From an uncultured Methanosarcinales archaeon (GTDB taxonomy: Archaea > Nanobdellota > Nanobdellia > Woesearchaeales > UBA525), in NCBI GenBank assembly GCA_964505795.1, contig CAZDJS010000004.1, positions 1 to 36,868 of the forward strand: a DNA stretch of 36,868 bases, written 5' to 3'. How positions within the stretch are numbered: the first letter of the stretch is position 1; every line of letters begins with the position of its first letter. The position numbers were made by a program, and so were the translations under genes. Under the pieces are notes generated by a model. The model had not been told where the DNA came from. It did no database searches and worked only from the letters and a program-made list of their open reading frames with translations. Shown here piece by piece: positions 8,471 to 16,552 of this stretch.

Positions 8471-9648
8471 ATCTTGAAAGAAACATCCCATTAATGTACA
8501 CTATTGGTAGCTTGATGTGGATGCGATTTTTTATTCCTGTTCTTGCGTTGTTTTATATTGCAAGCCAAGTTTCTTTGCAAGAGTTCACTATAATCATGGC
8601 TGTTTTTTCACTTGTGATTTTACTTTTTGAAATTCCTTCAGGTGTTCTCGCTGATGTTTTCGGGAAGAAAAACACGCTTTTGCTTGGTAGAGCAATGTTT
8701 GTAGTTGAAGTTGCTATGATAGCTTTTTTTGATGGTTTCTGGGCGTTTCTTATCGCAAAAACAATTAGTGGAATTGGAGTGAGTCTAAACTCTGGCAGCA
8801 ACTCTGCGTTACTCTATGAAACACTTCAAGAATTAGGTCGTGAAAAAGAACACAAGAAAATTTCGGGAACGCTTGCGATGATATCAAATATTTCCATGGC
8901 AGTAGTTTTTATTAGCGGATCTTTCCTGTTTACGATTCACCACAAACTTCCTGCATATGTTTCATTACCTCTTATCACTTTTGGATTTTTTCTCACTTTC
9001 TTTTTGCAAGAACCAAATGATAACCATAAATCGAAACTCTTCAAAGATTCATTCAAATACATGAAAGAAGCAATATCATTATTCAAGAAGAGTAAAGTCT
9101 TGCGATTAATTATGATTTCTTCTGTCGCTATTATGGCAAGCATATCTGTTGTGTTAAGCATGTCAAGTGACTATCTTGCGGCAGTCCAAGTTCCTGTAGG
9201 ACTTATTGGTACAGTTGCATTCATAGGTTCGTTATTCATGGCCTATGGTTCAGGAAAAGCAAGTGTGATGGAAGAAATATATGGTGAGAAGAAAAGCTTG
9301 TATGGTAGTTTTTTTCTGATTATTTTTACTTTAGTACTGCTTAGTCTTACAATTCCTTATCTTGGAGCAATAGCATATTTACTAATCCCTCTCATCAGTG
9401 GTTTTTTTAGCGTTATCATAAATCATTATATGAACAAACAGGTCAATGCAGGACATAGAACGACCCAACTAAGTCTGAGAAACATGGTTGATAATCTGGG
9501 AGTTGTTATTTTATTCCCGATATTCGGATTCTTGACGACCTCATATAATTACAGTTATGCATTCCTCTTACTACTCGTAACTATCATAATTAGTTTAGGA
9601 TTGTTTCATTTCTATCGGATAAAGCATAATATCAGCATTAACTCTTAA
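8467..9648 (+). CDS. MFS transporter
   Basis: About 12 predicted TM segments and MFS motif A-like GVLADVFGKKNTLLLG. ATGA overlap with the SDR stop. Confidence 0.75.
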   Translation: MNLERNIPLMYTIGSLMWMRFFIPVLALFYIASQVSLQEFTIIMAVFSLVILLFEIPSGVLADVFGKKNTLLLGRAMFVVEVAMIAFFDGFWAFLIAKTISGIGVSLNSGSNSALLYETLQELGREKEHKKISGTLAMISNISMAVVFISGSFLFTIHHKLPAYVSLPLITFGFFLTFFLQEPNDNHKSKLFKDSFKYMKEAISLFKKSKVLRLIMISSVAIMASISVVLSMSSDYLAAVQVPVGLIGTVAFIGSLFMAYGSGKASVMEEIYGEKKSLYGSFFLIIFTLVLLSLTIPYLGAIAYLLIPLISGFFSVIINHYMNKQVNAGHRTTQLSLRNMVDNLGVVILFPIFGFLTTSYNYSYAFLLLLVTIIISLGLFHFYRIKHNISINS

Positions 9649-9970
9649 AGAACTGGATGAGTAGTCCGAGTCCCATAATTCCTGCTCCGACGACAACGTG
9701 ACCGAGGCCTCCTGCAAGCGATGGCACTGTGTTTGAGAGCCAACTGCCAAAACCGACGACTACAAGAATTAAGCCAAAAATCATGAGAATGAAAATTGTT
9801 GCTGCTTTGAGCGCTCGCACTGTTGATTCTTCAATTTTTCTTTGTGCTTCTTGCATCGTTTCATGAGCAGCGGACTTTGCAGTGCCAATTATTGTGTTAA
9901 GACCAATATCAGCGATAGTACCGAAGAGTCCTTTGAGAGTGTCTGCGAATGAATCTGTTTTTTTTGCCAT
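9638..9970 (-). CDS. Small membrane protein (hypothetical)
   Basis: The start is set to the ATG at 9970 (MAKKTDSF...). An amphipathic N-terminus is followed by two Gly-rich TM helices. 1-nt TAATG overlap with the upstream ORF. Confidence 0.5.
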   Translation of the reverse strand: MAKKTDSFADTLKGLFGTIADIGLNTIIGTAKSAAHETMQEAQRKIEESTVRALKAATIFILMIFGLILVVVGFGSWLSNTVPSLAGGLGHVVVGAGIMGLGLLIQFFKS

Positions 9971-10164
9971 TATTTTCTCCTCCGTAATAACCAACCAAGC
10001 AATGTAGCGACTATTGCTGCTGCTACAAGCTTGTACCAAGGATGTTTAATATATCCTTTTGATGGTTTTTTTTCTGGTTCAGATGAGCCTTTGTACACTT
10101 GTACTTTTGGAGCTTTCTGTTTAGCAGTTTTTTTTACTGTTTTAACAGTTTTTTTTCTTACCAC
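9970..10164 (-). CDS. Small single-TM protein with Lys-rich N-terminus (hypothetical)
   Basis: 64 aa with a GTG start. KKTVKTVKKTAKQKAPK tail followed by a TM helix (WYKLVAAAIVATLLGWLL). Confidence 0.4.
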   Translation of the reverse strand: MVRKKTVKTVKKTAKQKAPKVQVYKGSSEPEKKPSKGYIKHPWYKLVAAAIVATLLGWLLRRRK

Positions 10165-10240
10165 ATAATATTAGTAGTGCACACAATATATAAAAGCTAT
10201 GGTAGATAATTTTAAAAGTAAATGATGAAAAAGTCGTCAA

Positions 10241-10402
10241 ATGTCAATTCACTTTTTTCTTGAAGAAATGCTTGAAGAACTCTGTCCTCACTGTAAAAAG
10301 CCGCATGATGCTCAATTAAAGAAGGAATTCTATTTGAATTTTGAATATTTAAGCGGTAATTGTATTCACTGCAACCACTGGATTAGCTTTCGTACCAAAT
10401 AG
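10241..10402 (+). CDS. Small zinc-ribbon protein (53 aa, below the ORF-track cutoff)
   Basis: Translated by hand: MSIHFFLEEMLEELCPHCKKPHDAQLKKEFYLNFEYLSGNCIHCNHWISFRTK, with CxxC...CxxC. It fills an otherwise empty intergenic gap and ends adjacent to the map stop. Confidence 0.4.
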   Translation: MSIHFFLEEMLEELCPHCKKPHDAQLKKEFYLNFEYLSGNCIHCNHWISFRTK

Positions 10403-11344
10403 CTATTCTGTTTTCGTAAAAATTTCTGGTTTATCCTTGACAAGAACGGTGTTTTCAAATTGTGCAACTGTTCCCTTGCTCACTTCAGGAAGAGGAGCGT
10501 ATTTATTAATAATTCCCATTGCAAGCAATTCTTTAAGACCAAAACGTGTTTTTCCTTCACCGAGCGCTCGTGTGAGCCATCGAGTCGTAAAGGGAAGTCC
10601 TTCGTATTGTTCAATATGTTTGAGGACGTCACGAGCTATTTGGCTCCTTGGTTTTGCTTTTCTTACTTGGCTAAAAAGTGTTGCGTTTGGCCCGTTCTCA
10701 ATGAGTCCTTCACCGTCTGTTGCAAAAGGTTCAATTGCAATAACATGATCTTCTTCAATTGGAGTTTTAACATTGTTTGGATAGCTTGGTACACTTGGGC
10801 TGGTGTGGATTACATAAGGCGCGAGTCCGTGTCCGCAAAGATTTCTTACTGGTCGATATCCATAGCTTTCAATAACTTCTTGTGCTGTTGTTCCTATCTC
10901 ATTTGGTGTGATTCCTGGATGGAGACTTTTGATGACAGTGTCTCGCGCTTCTTTTGACGCTTTCAAAAGTTCAGTCCACTGGCCGTTTGTTGAAAGATCA
11001 ATTGTGAGTGCATTATCTCCGATACAACCATTAACATGCGCTCCGCAATCAAGTTTTATGACATCACCTTCTTTAAGAACTGTTTCATCATTATCGTCAG
11101 CGCAGGCGTGTGCGGCACATTCATTAATTGAGAGTTGTGCAGGGAATCCTATTCCTGCGCCAAGGCTTTTGATTTTTTCTTCGATAGCGTCAAGTATTTC
11201 AACTGGTTTCGCTCCTTCTTTTACGAGTGTCGCTCCGTGCTGAAGGCCTGTTGCTGCTGCGTGCCCTGCTTTTCGATAAAAAGGTAATAATTCTTCAGGT
11301 ACATAATTTGATGGTGACATATTATTTTGCAAGAAGAGCTTCAT
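10403..11344 (-). CDS. map: Methionine aminopeptidase, type 2 (archaeal)
   Basis: Pita-bread fold motifs (KLDCGAHVNG, GHG, IEPF) and the type-2 helical insert. An alternative ATG lies at 11320. Confidence 0.9.
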   Translation of the reverse strand: MKLFLQNNMSPSNYVPEELLPFYRKAGHAAATGLQHGATLVKEGAKPVEILDAIEEKIKSLGAGIGFPAQLSINECAAHACADDNDETVLKEGDVIKLDCGAHVNGCIGDNALTIDLSTNGQWTELLKASKEARDTVIKSLHPGITPNEIGTTAQEVIESYGYRPVRNLCGHGLAPYVIHTSPSVPSYPNNVKTPIEEDHVIAIEPFATDGEGLIENGPNATLFSQVRKAKPRSQIARDVLKHIEQYEGLPFTTRWLTRALGEGKTRFGLKELLAMGIINKYAPLPEVSKGTVAQFENTVLVKDKPEIFTKTE

Positions 11345-11389
11345 TAAAAGCTTTTGCTTTGAAAATAAAGAAAAGAATTGTCGCTAGAG

Positions 11390-11749
11390 TTACTCATATT
11401 TGCCAGTAAATATGGCATTTGAGTTTGTTGAAAAATATGCTGGTGCAGAACTTGAGAGCGGTTCATCACTCGAGTTTACTCGCAAATATGCTGGTGCAGA
11501 GCTTGAAAGTGGTGAATACTCACTGCCTGAATAAACTGGGTTTCTTGAATTAATTTCTGATTTAGGGAATGGTGTTTGCTCAAGTCTTCTTTCTAAAGAT
11601 GTCTGTTCAGAACGTATATTATTATCTTGATTTGATGTTGGAATAATTCCTGTTTCTGAAAGAATTGGAGCAACGACTAATAACCCTGCAAGAAAGTAAT
11701 TTGTTTGTGGTGCTTTATTTGTCGCTTTATTTGTCGCTTTATTTGTCAC
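11390..11749 (-). CDS. Repeat-containing hypothetical membrane/secreted protein
   Basis: The only start is a GTG. It has TNKA x3 at the N-terminus, one TM helix and a duplicated PLSSSAPAY module (51-nt period). Its coding status is uncertain. Confidence 0.4.
   Translation of the reverse strand: MTNKATNKATNKAPQTNYFLAGLLVVAPILSETGIIPTSNQDNNIRSEQTSLERRLEQTPFPKSEINSRNPVYSGSEYSPLSSSAPAYLRVNSSDEPLSSSAPAYFSTNSNAIFTGKYE
11712..11747. repeat. Perfect 12-nt x 3 tandem direct repeat (gctttatttgtc)
   Basis: Read directly from the sequence. It lies at the 5' end of, or just upstream of, ORF 11390..11749, about 25 nt downstream of a TATA-like AT tract on the minus strand. Confidence 0.9.
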
Positions 11750-11835
11750 TATATATTCACTAAACGAGTCTATATTTTATCATTTATATAGCTTGTTGTG
11801 ATAAAGAAGATAATTTAAAAATAATTTATAATAAT

Positions 11836-12108
11836 TCAATAAAATAAATCTTCAATACTTTTTGATTCTGAACGTCGTTTTGCAAGATCTGTGATTGCAA
11901 TTTCACAATCTTCAAAGATTTTTTTTCCATTTTTATCAAGTGGCTTGTCTTCTTGGCCTTGTGCTACTGAGACAAAGTTTGAAAATCTTTCTGCGACTGT
12001 AAGATCATAACCATCTTGATAAAATCCTTCTAATTCAATTCCTTGACTGTCCAATTCTGCATAAAGATTCTGTATTGCTTGACCGTATGTTAATTCTTCT
12101 CGTTTCAT
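11836..12108 (-). CDS. Small acidic hypothetical protein
   Basis: 90 aa ORF with an ATG start. A GAGGTG Shine-Dalgarno-like motif lies 6-8 nt upstream and overlaps the stop of the upstream gene. Confidence 0.55.
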   Translation of the reverse strand: MKREELTYGQAIQNLYAELDSQGIELEGFYQDGYDLTVAERFSNFVSVAQGQEDKPLDKNGKKIFEDCEIAITDLAKRRSESKSIEDLFY

Positions 12109-12117
12109 TTTTTCACC

Positions 12118-12633
12118 TCAATAAATGATTGCGATAACGACTCGCTTAATTTGCTCGAACCGTATTCTTCCGGGGTCGCTTGTTGGAAGATTATCTCCTT
12201 TTGCAATAAAATACACTCCTTGTTCGTCTTCGCCTTTGTCAACGACACGATGTATGATTATGCCTTCAAAACCCTCAGGTTCGTAACTAATTATATCGCC
12301 GATTTCAATCTCGTCTGCGCTTTGCGGCACTATTTGTATTGCGTTTGCGCCTTGATCAAGCACTGGGTCCATACTGTTTGTGTCTGTAAAAGTACTCCAT
12401 TGTGCTTGTTGAATATCAAGAACAACCCTGTCACCATATACTGCAATTGCGCTTTCTAATACTCTGTCTTTTGGTCCTGAGCGTTCTTGCGCCCCTGAAA
12501 ATGCTGTAACAAATCCTGTGAGGGCATTTGCGTATTGGTTATCAGGAACCTCTGTAGGGCTCGTCATTCCTGTAAGAAGTAGTCCTGAAAGAAAACCTAT
12601 CAATAACAACACAAGATTCAACAATATTTTCAT
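12118..12633 (-). CDS. S24/S26-family signal-peptidase-like protein (second paralog)
   Basis: N-terminal TM helix, serine box TNSMDP, then GDIISY, IIHRV and AKGDN..SDP boxes. Confidence 0.65.
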   Translation of the reverse strand: MKILLNLVLLLIGFLSGLLLTGMTSPTEVPDNQYANALTGFVTAFSGAQERSGPKDRVLESAIAVYGDRVVLDIQQAQWSTFTDTNSMDPVLDQGANAIQIVPQSADEIEIGDIISYEPEGFEGIIIHRVVDKGEDEQGVYFIAKGDNLPTSDPGRIRFEQIKRVVIAIIY

Positions 12634-12705
12634 TTTTAACCCCTTAGTGATAACAATAGTAGAAGAAGTATATAAATCTTGTGTTTTTTTGTTACTTAAT
12701 AGTAG

Positions 12706-14031
12706 CTAATTAACGTTTTGGTCGTTTTTTAAGAAAATGTAATTGCTAAGAACAGCATACACGGAATCAATAAATGCATCCTCTTGAGAAGTACGAACAA
12801 TAGCGCCGGCAGCAGAACTATGACCGCCAAACTCAATATCTAGTCCTTGAGAAGCTTCTGAGATTATTCGAAGAAGATCAAAAGAGACATCGCGAGAACG
12901 AATACTTACTTTTGAAAAACCATCACCATACTCTGCAAGTGCAAGAACAATCGTTCCTGAACGCACAATACGACCTCTCGTGAGAATCGAGCATAATGTT
13001 CCTGCAATTTCTGGAGCGACACGACTTTTTGCTTGCAGCACACAAAAAAAGAGCCCAGAACAGAGTTCTTTAAAATTCTTCGCCTCTTGTTGTGCCCACT
13101 CAGTCGCTTTGCGAAGAGAAAAAGCATACTCGTTAAGAATTTCTTGTGGGTCGCAAGGATGTTCACCAGCTAAAAAAGCAAGACCAACTTCTGGCTTTTG
13201 TAATCGACCACAAGCATTCAGAAAAGTTGCAAACTGCCTCGCATCTGCAAGAGGACCGGGGAAGTCAAAACCAAAATGATCAATGCAAGTAATTTTTTTC
13301 TGTTTTTGAAGAGCTCTTAAAAGAAGTTCTTGTTCTTGAGAATTCAAGGAAGCATAAGGTTTTTTTGAATTAATGTTAAGATTTTTCAAGAAAATAAGAG
13401 TGCCTTTGTAATTATTTGTTATTCCTTGGATTCGTAAATCACCACTTTTTGCCAATACTTTTGCAAGAGGTTTTGAAAAAACACCAAAAAGTCGAGGTGC
13501 ACGACACACACGAACACCTTCTTTAAGAGCAGCATCACGAGCAAGAGCATTCAAACCAGTAATACCCTGTTTATCTTGCGCATCGCCAGTCAAGCCAAGA
13601 ACAGCAAGCCAAGCCACCTGAAGATCATATTCTTTTGCGAGCATCCAGGCAATTGTTGCTGAACAAACTTCTTGAGAACCATCGTGACCATCAAGCATTG
13701 GGTTGAGAACAAAAACACCTTCTGCTTTTGTAGTTGGAAGTTGATGATGATCAATCACAAGAGCAGGTGTTGGAAGAGTATCAAGAAGTCCTGAACCTCC
13801 GTCCATAAAAATATAGGAAGGAAAATTCTCAAGTGATTTTATGAAAAGAGAAGAGAGTTGCGGAAGAATTTTTGTTTCATAAGAGATATTGAGCGAATCA
13901 AGAATTCTTTGCATGATTGCTGTTGTACTTAAGCCATCCGTGTCAAGATGTCCAACAAGTAAAATAGGTTGGGGGAGGCCTTCAAGAAAGTTTTTTGCTT
14001 CCTTGAGGCGCTCCTCAAAGTTTGATACCAT
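12706..14031 (-). CDS. RecJ-like DHH-family nuclease (archaeal RecJ/GAN/Cdc45-like; DHH paralog 2)
   Basis: Motifs GHLDTDGLS, DGGSG, IDHHQ and GGHSSAAGA. 1-nt TAATG overlap with the rps15 stop. Confidence 0.8.
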   Translation of the reverse strand: MVSNFEERLKEAKNFLEGLPQPILLVGHLDTDGLSTTAIMQRILDSLNISYETKILPQLSSLFIKSLENFPSYIFMDGGSGLLDTLPTPALVIDHHQLPTTKAEGVFVLNPMLDGHDGSQEVCSATIAWMLAKEYDLQVAWLAVLGLTGDAQDKQGITGLNALARDAALKEGVRVCRAPRLFGVFSKPLAKVLAKSGDLRIQGITNNYKGTLIFLKNLNINSKKPYASLNSQEQELLLRALQKQKKITCIDHFGFDFPGPLADARQFATFLNACGRLQKPEVGLAFLAGEHPCDPQEILNEYAFSLRKATEWAQQEAKNFKELCSGLFFCVLQAKSRVAPEIAGTLCSILTRGRIVRSGTIVLALAEYGDGFSKVSIRSRDVSFDLLRIISEASQGLDIEFGGHSSAAGAIVRTSQEDAFIDSVYAVLSNYIFLKNDQNVN

Positions 14032-14486
14032 TAATCGACTAAGAGCTTAATCGTCTTTGGATCATACTTCCAATCTTGTGCTAAAACCTTATTGTTCTTA
14101 TAGTACTTTACGAGACGCATAATCTTACTTTCTGTTAAGATAAGACCACGTTTTGCAGGCTCGTCCTTGTGGTTTTCTTCAAGATGTTTACGAATAAACA
14201 CTGCTTTTCGAACAAGAGCCATAAGGTCTTCTGGAAGTTCAGGGTTGAGCTTTTTTTCTTTGAGAATACTTGTGATGCTCTTTCCTGTAACAAGTTTTGT
14301 GTCAGGAACACCGTATTGGTCACGAAGAAGTAAACCAATTTTTGCACTTGAGAGTCCTTCTTTTGCAAGCTTCACGATAAGCATTTCAATTTCTTTGTTC
14401 TTAAGAGGCACCCAAGCAGGTACTATTGGCTTTGAGGGTCTTGTACTGCCGCTCTTTCCTTTACTTCCACTATGCATTCTTGCCAT
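14031..14486 (-). CDS. rps15: 30S ribosomal protein uS15 (S15P/S13e)
   Basis: MARMHSGSKGKSGSTRP... matches the N-terminal S13e extension plus the S15 core. The start is set to the ATG at 14486, with GGTGA 5 nt upstream. Confidence 0.95.
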   Translation of the reverse strand: MARMHSGSKGKSGSTRPSKPIVPAWVPLKNKEIEMLIVKLAKEGLSSAKIGLLLRDQYGVPDTKLVTGKSITSILKEKKLNPELPEDLMALVRKAVFIRKHLEENHKDEPAKRGLILTESKIMRLVKYYKNNKVLAQDWKYDPKTIKLLVD

Positions 14487-14505
14487 AATATTCACCTTGT
14501 CTTAA

Positions 14506-14644
14506 CCTATACTGCCGCCCTTTTGAGCCGTGAATCAAGTCCATAGGACGAAGATTCTATTGCGGCGTGCCGCAGTATAGGTTGTACTCGAGATTAGAAG
14601 ATTGTCCTTCCAGTCGTAGTAAGCTTGCACCGACTACGCTCTCG
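14506..14644 (-). promoter_or_regulatory. GC-rich structured element (candidate rps15 leader or small ncRNA)
   Basis: Long imperfect hairpin at 14506-14581: a 10-bp base cctatactgc/gcagtatagg, with inner helices gaatc/gattc and gtcc/ggac. A three-way-junction-like fold lies at 14589-14644 (cgaga/tctcg enclosing gaag/cttc and cgtagt/actacg hairpins). Local GC is clearly above that of the flanks. Confidence 0.4.
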
Positions 14645-14676
14645 GTATTAGTGGGATGAAAGAACTGTTTTTAAAG

Positions 14677-15714
14677 TTATTGGGATTTTTGCATCGCTTG
14701 AGTGAAACGCTCGAGAAAGAGCTCCCAATCTTCTTCTTTAATCATCGCTCCACAGGCGTAATCATGCCCTCCTCCATGGCCTTCGAGGCCTTCTAGTGCC
14801 GTGTGCAAGGCGTGAACGACAGGAGTTTTTGTTGAACGTATAGAAAGTTTAATTTCTCCTTCACTTTTTCTTCCGACAAGAACTGATTTTTCTGTTCGTA
14901 GGAGTAATTCGTTACTGAGTTCTTTTGTAAAAGATATCTCGTGTTCATAAATAAAATGAATCAGCTCTGATTCGTCAGCTTGTCGTAATGCTTTTTTCTT
15001 CAATCTCTCATATGGTCGCAAAAATCGTAGGTATCTCTTCCATAAGAATTTTCCTCGAGAAGTTGTTTGTTTAAGTATTTCATCAGGATGTTCAATTCTT
15101 GTGAAAATACGAATTGCTTGCAAAGAATCTTTAATAGTTCCTTTTTGGATGAATGTAAGCAACAGCACAAGTTGTCCTATGGTTTCGCTTAAGTATAAGT
15201 CTTTGAATTCTTTGTATTCAGGAAGGAATCCTTGAAAATTGCAATCATCAAAAAAATCTGGTGTGTGCCAATCTGCAACGACTCCTATTGCCCCAATCCA
15301 GGAATCTTCTACTCGCCCAATAAAATGATAGGTCCAATAACTTGTTGGTCGTGCATCTGAATCGTCTCTTTTTCTCGGATTAAAATAATGAACGTGTTCT
15401 CCTTGTGGTTCTTGAACGCCATGATGATCGAGCCAAACAATCGGAACAGTTACTTTGTCAATGAAGTCCTGACTGACTTTGGGTTTATCAAGAATGAAAA
15501 TAGTATCAGGATTGTATTCTTCGACTTTTCGCAAAAAGAATTCTGTAACTTCCGGCCCTGTTTTTACAGGAACGCCTTTGCTCTCATGTAATACGTGGTA
15601 GAGCATGGTAAAACTCGTAAGGCCATCACCATCATCGTCAAAAAAAACAAGTGCTTTTTTTGCTTGTACCACTAATTTTCGAAAGTGAGTCACTTCCTCT
15701 TCACTAAACGCCAT
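14677..15714 (-). CDS. DHH/DHHA1-family phosphoesterase (paralog 3)
   Basis: Motifs FDDDGDGLTS, WLDHHG and GHGGGHDYACGA. The start is set to the ATG at 15714, with a 1-nt TAATG overlap with the upstream ThiF-like gene. Confidence 0.75.
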   Translation of the reverse strand: MAFSEEEVTHFRKLVVQAKKALVFFDDDGDGLTSFTMLYHVLHESKGVPVKTGPEVTEFFLRKVEEYNPDTIFILDKPKVSQDFIDKVTVPIVWLDHHGVQEPQGEHVHYFNPRKRDDSDARPTSYWTYHFIGRVEDSWIGAIGVVADWHTPDFFDDCNFQGFLPEYKEFKDLYLSETIGQLVLLLTFIQKGTIKDSLQAIRIFTRIEHPDEILKQTTSRGKFLWKRYLRFLRPYERLKKKALRQADESELIHFIYEHEISFTKELSNELLLRTEKSVLVGRKSEGEIKLSIRSTKTPVVHALHTALEGLEGHGGGHDYACGAMIKEEDWELFLERFTQAMQKSQ

Positions 15715-16370
15715 TATAATTTCTCGATTTTGAGCTTTGTCTCCCAAGTATCTCCTGAGATTCTGTAGCTGAGTGTGTCTCCAAGAAAAAACTTGAAAAC
15801 TCTTGTCATTACAAGAGAATTTAACATAATAACAAGTCCACTATAAACTCCTTCTTTTGTAACATTTCCGACATCTTCAATCCAATCAAAATCTTTATTT
15901 GTCATTTTTTTATTTGCAACAAGAAATTTTAGCTTACTTCCGCTATATCGTACTACTAAGAGAGGGATTTTTTTTTCTTGACAGTGCTTGAATACTAATT
16001 CATTGATTTCTGGTTGGTTTGTAGCGTCAATTACCATCTCACTTTCTATAAGAAAAACATTTTGTTCGCTTAATTCTTCGTGAAAGCTTCGTATTTTTAC
16101 TTCTGGATTGATTATTTCGAGTCTGCGTTTTGCTTGTTTTACTTTGAATTTTGTAATATCTTCTTCTTGGAATATGCCGAGTCGTCCCATGTCGAATGCT
16201 TCGACTCGTCCTTTGTCGACAAGGCGTAAATTGAAGTCTTCTCTTGCGAGTGATTCTGCTACTTGACTGCCAACGCTACCAAGGCCGAGAACTGTTATTG
16301 TGTGGTCTTTGAGTTTGTCATCGCCTTCTTCGCCGATTTTTTCGAATTGTGCTCTGTGGATTGTCTTCAT
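15714..16370 (-). CDS. Minimal ThiF/MoeB/E1-like adenylyltransferase-family protein
   Basis: Nucleotide-binding VLGLGSVGSQVAESLAR, LRLVDKGRVE, KVKQAKRRLEIINPEV and VIDATNQ...KKIPLL. At 218 aa it is short and has no CxxC pairs. Confidence 0.7.
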   Translation of the reverse strand: MKTIHRAQFEKIGEEGDDKLKDHTITVLGLGSVGSQVAESLAREDFNLRLVDKGRVEAFDMGRLGIFQEEDITKFKVKQAKRRLEIINPEVKIRSFHEELSEQNVFLIESEMVIDATNQPEINELVFKHCQEKKIPLLVVRYSGSKLKFLVANKKMTNKDFDWIEDVGNVTKEGVYSGLVIMLNSLVMTRVFKFFLGDTLSYRISGDTWETKLKIEKL

Positions 16371-16552
16371 AGTTCAAAGGGGAACGCGAACATATTTATA
16401 AGCATTTATTAACTAAGAATTATTTTCTATATAGATTTAAAAAGAGAAAGATAATTCACAGAAATTCTGTAGTGAAGAACATAAAATTAGTTACTACTGT
16501 TATGTGACTAAAATTAGTAAAGTATTTAAATAACTAAAATAATAGGAAGAAT

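Noticed and set aside
10222-10228. A C-box-like ATGATGA in the spacer upstream of the 53-aa zinc-ribbon ORF, as a possible C/D box sRNA.
   Set aside because: No CUGA D or D' box and no terminal pairing occur within the expected 50-70 nt. ATGATGA also occurs inside several coding regions of this AT-rich sequence by chance.
11433-11514. The 51-nt-period duplication as a diversity-generating retroelement TR/VR pair.
   Set aside because: The three mismatches are ordinary transitions and are not adenine-specific. The copies are adjacent within one ORF, and no reverse transcriptase is encoded in the window.
14506-14644. Interpreting the structured spacer as a tRNA, 5S rRNA, SRP RNA, RNase P RNA, or a C/D or H/ACA sRNA.
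   Set aside because: There is no T-loop (GTTCRANYC) or acceptor pairing. It is too short for SRP or RNase P RNA, and a CUGGAAGG segment only superficially resembles SRP helix 8. There is no RUGAUGA/CUGA box pair, and the nearest ACA is 6 nt from the hairpin base rather than adjacent. It is therefore kept only as an unclassified structured element.
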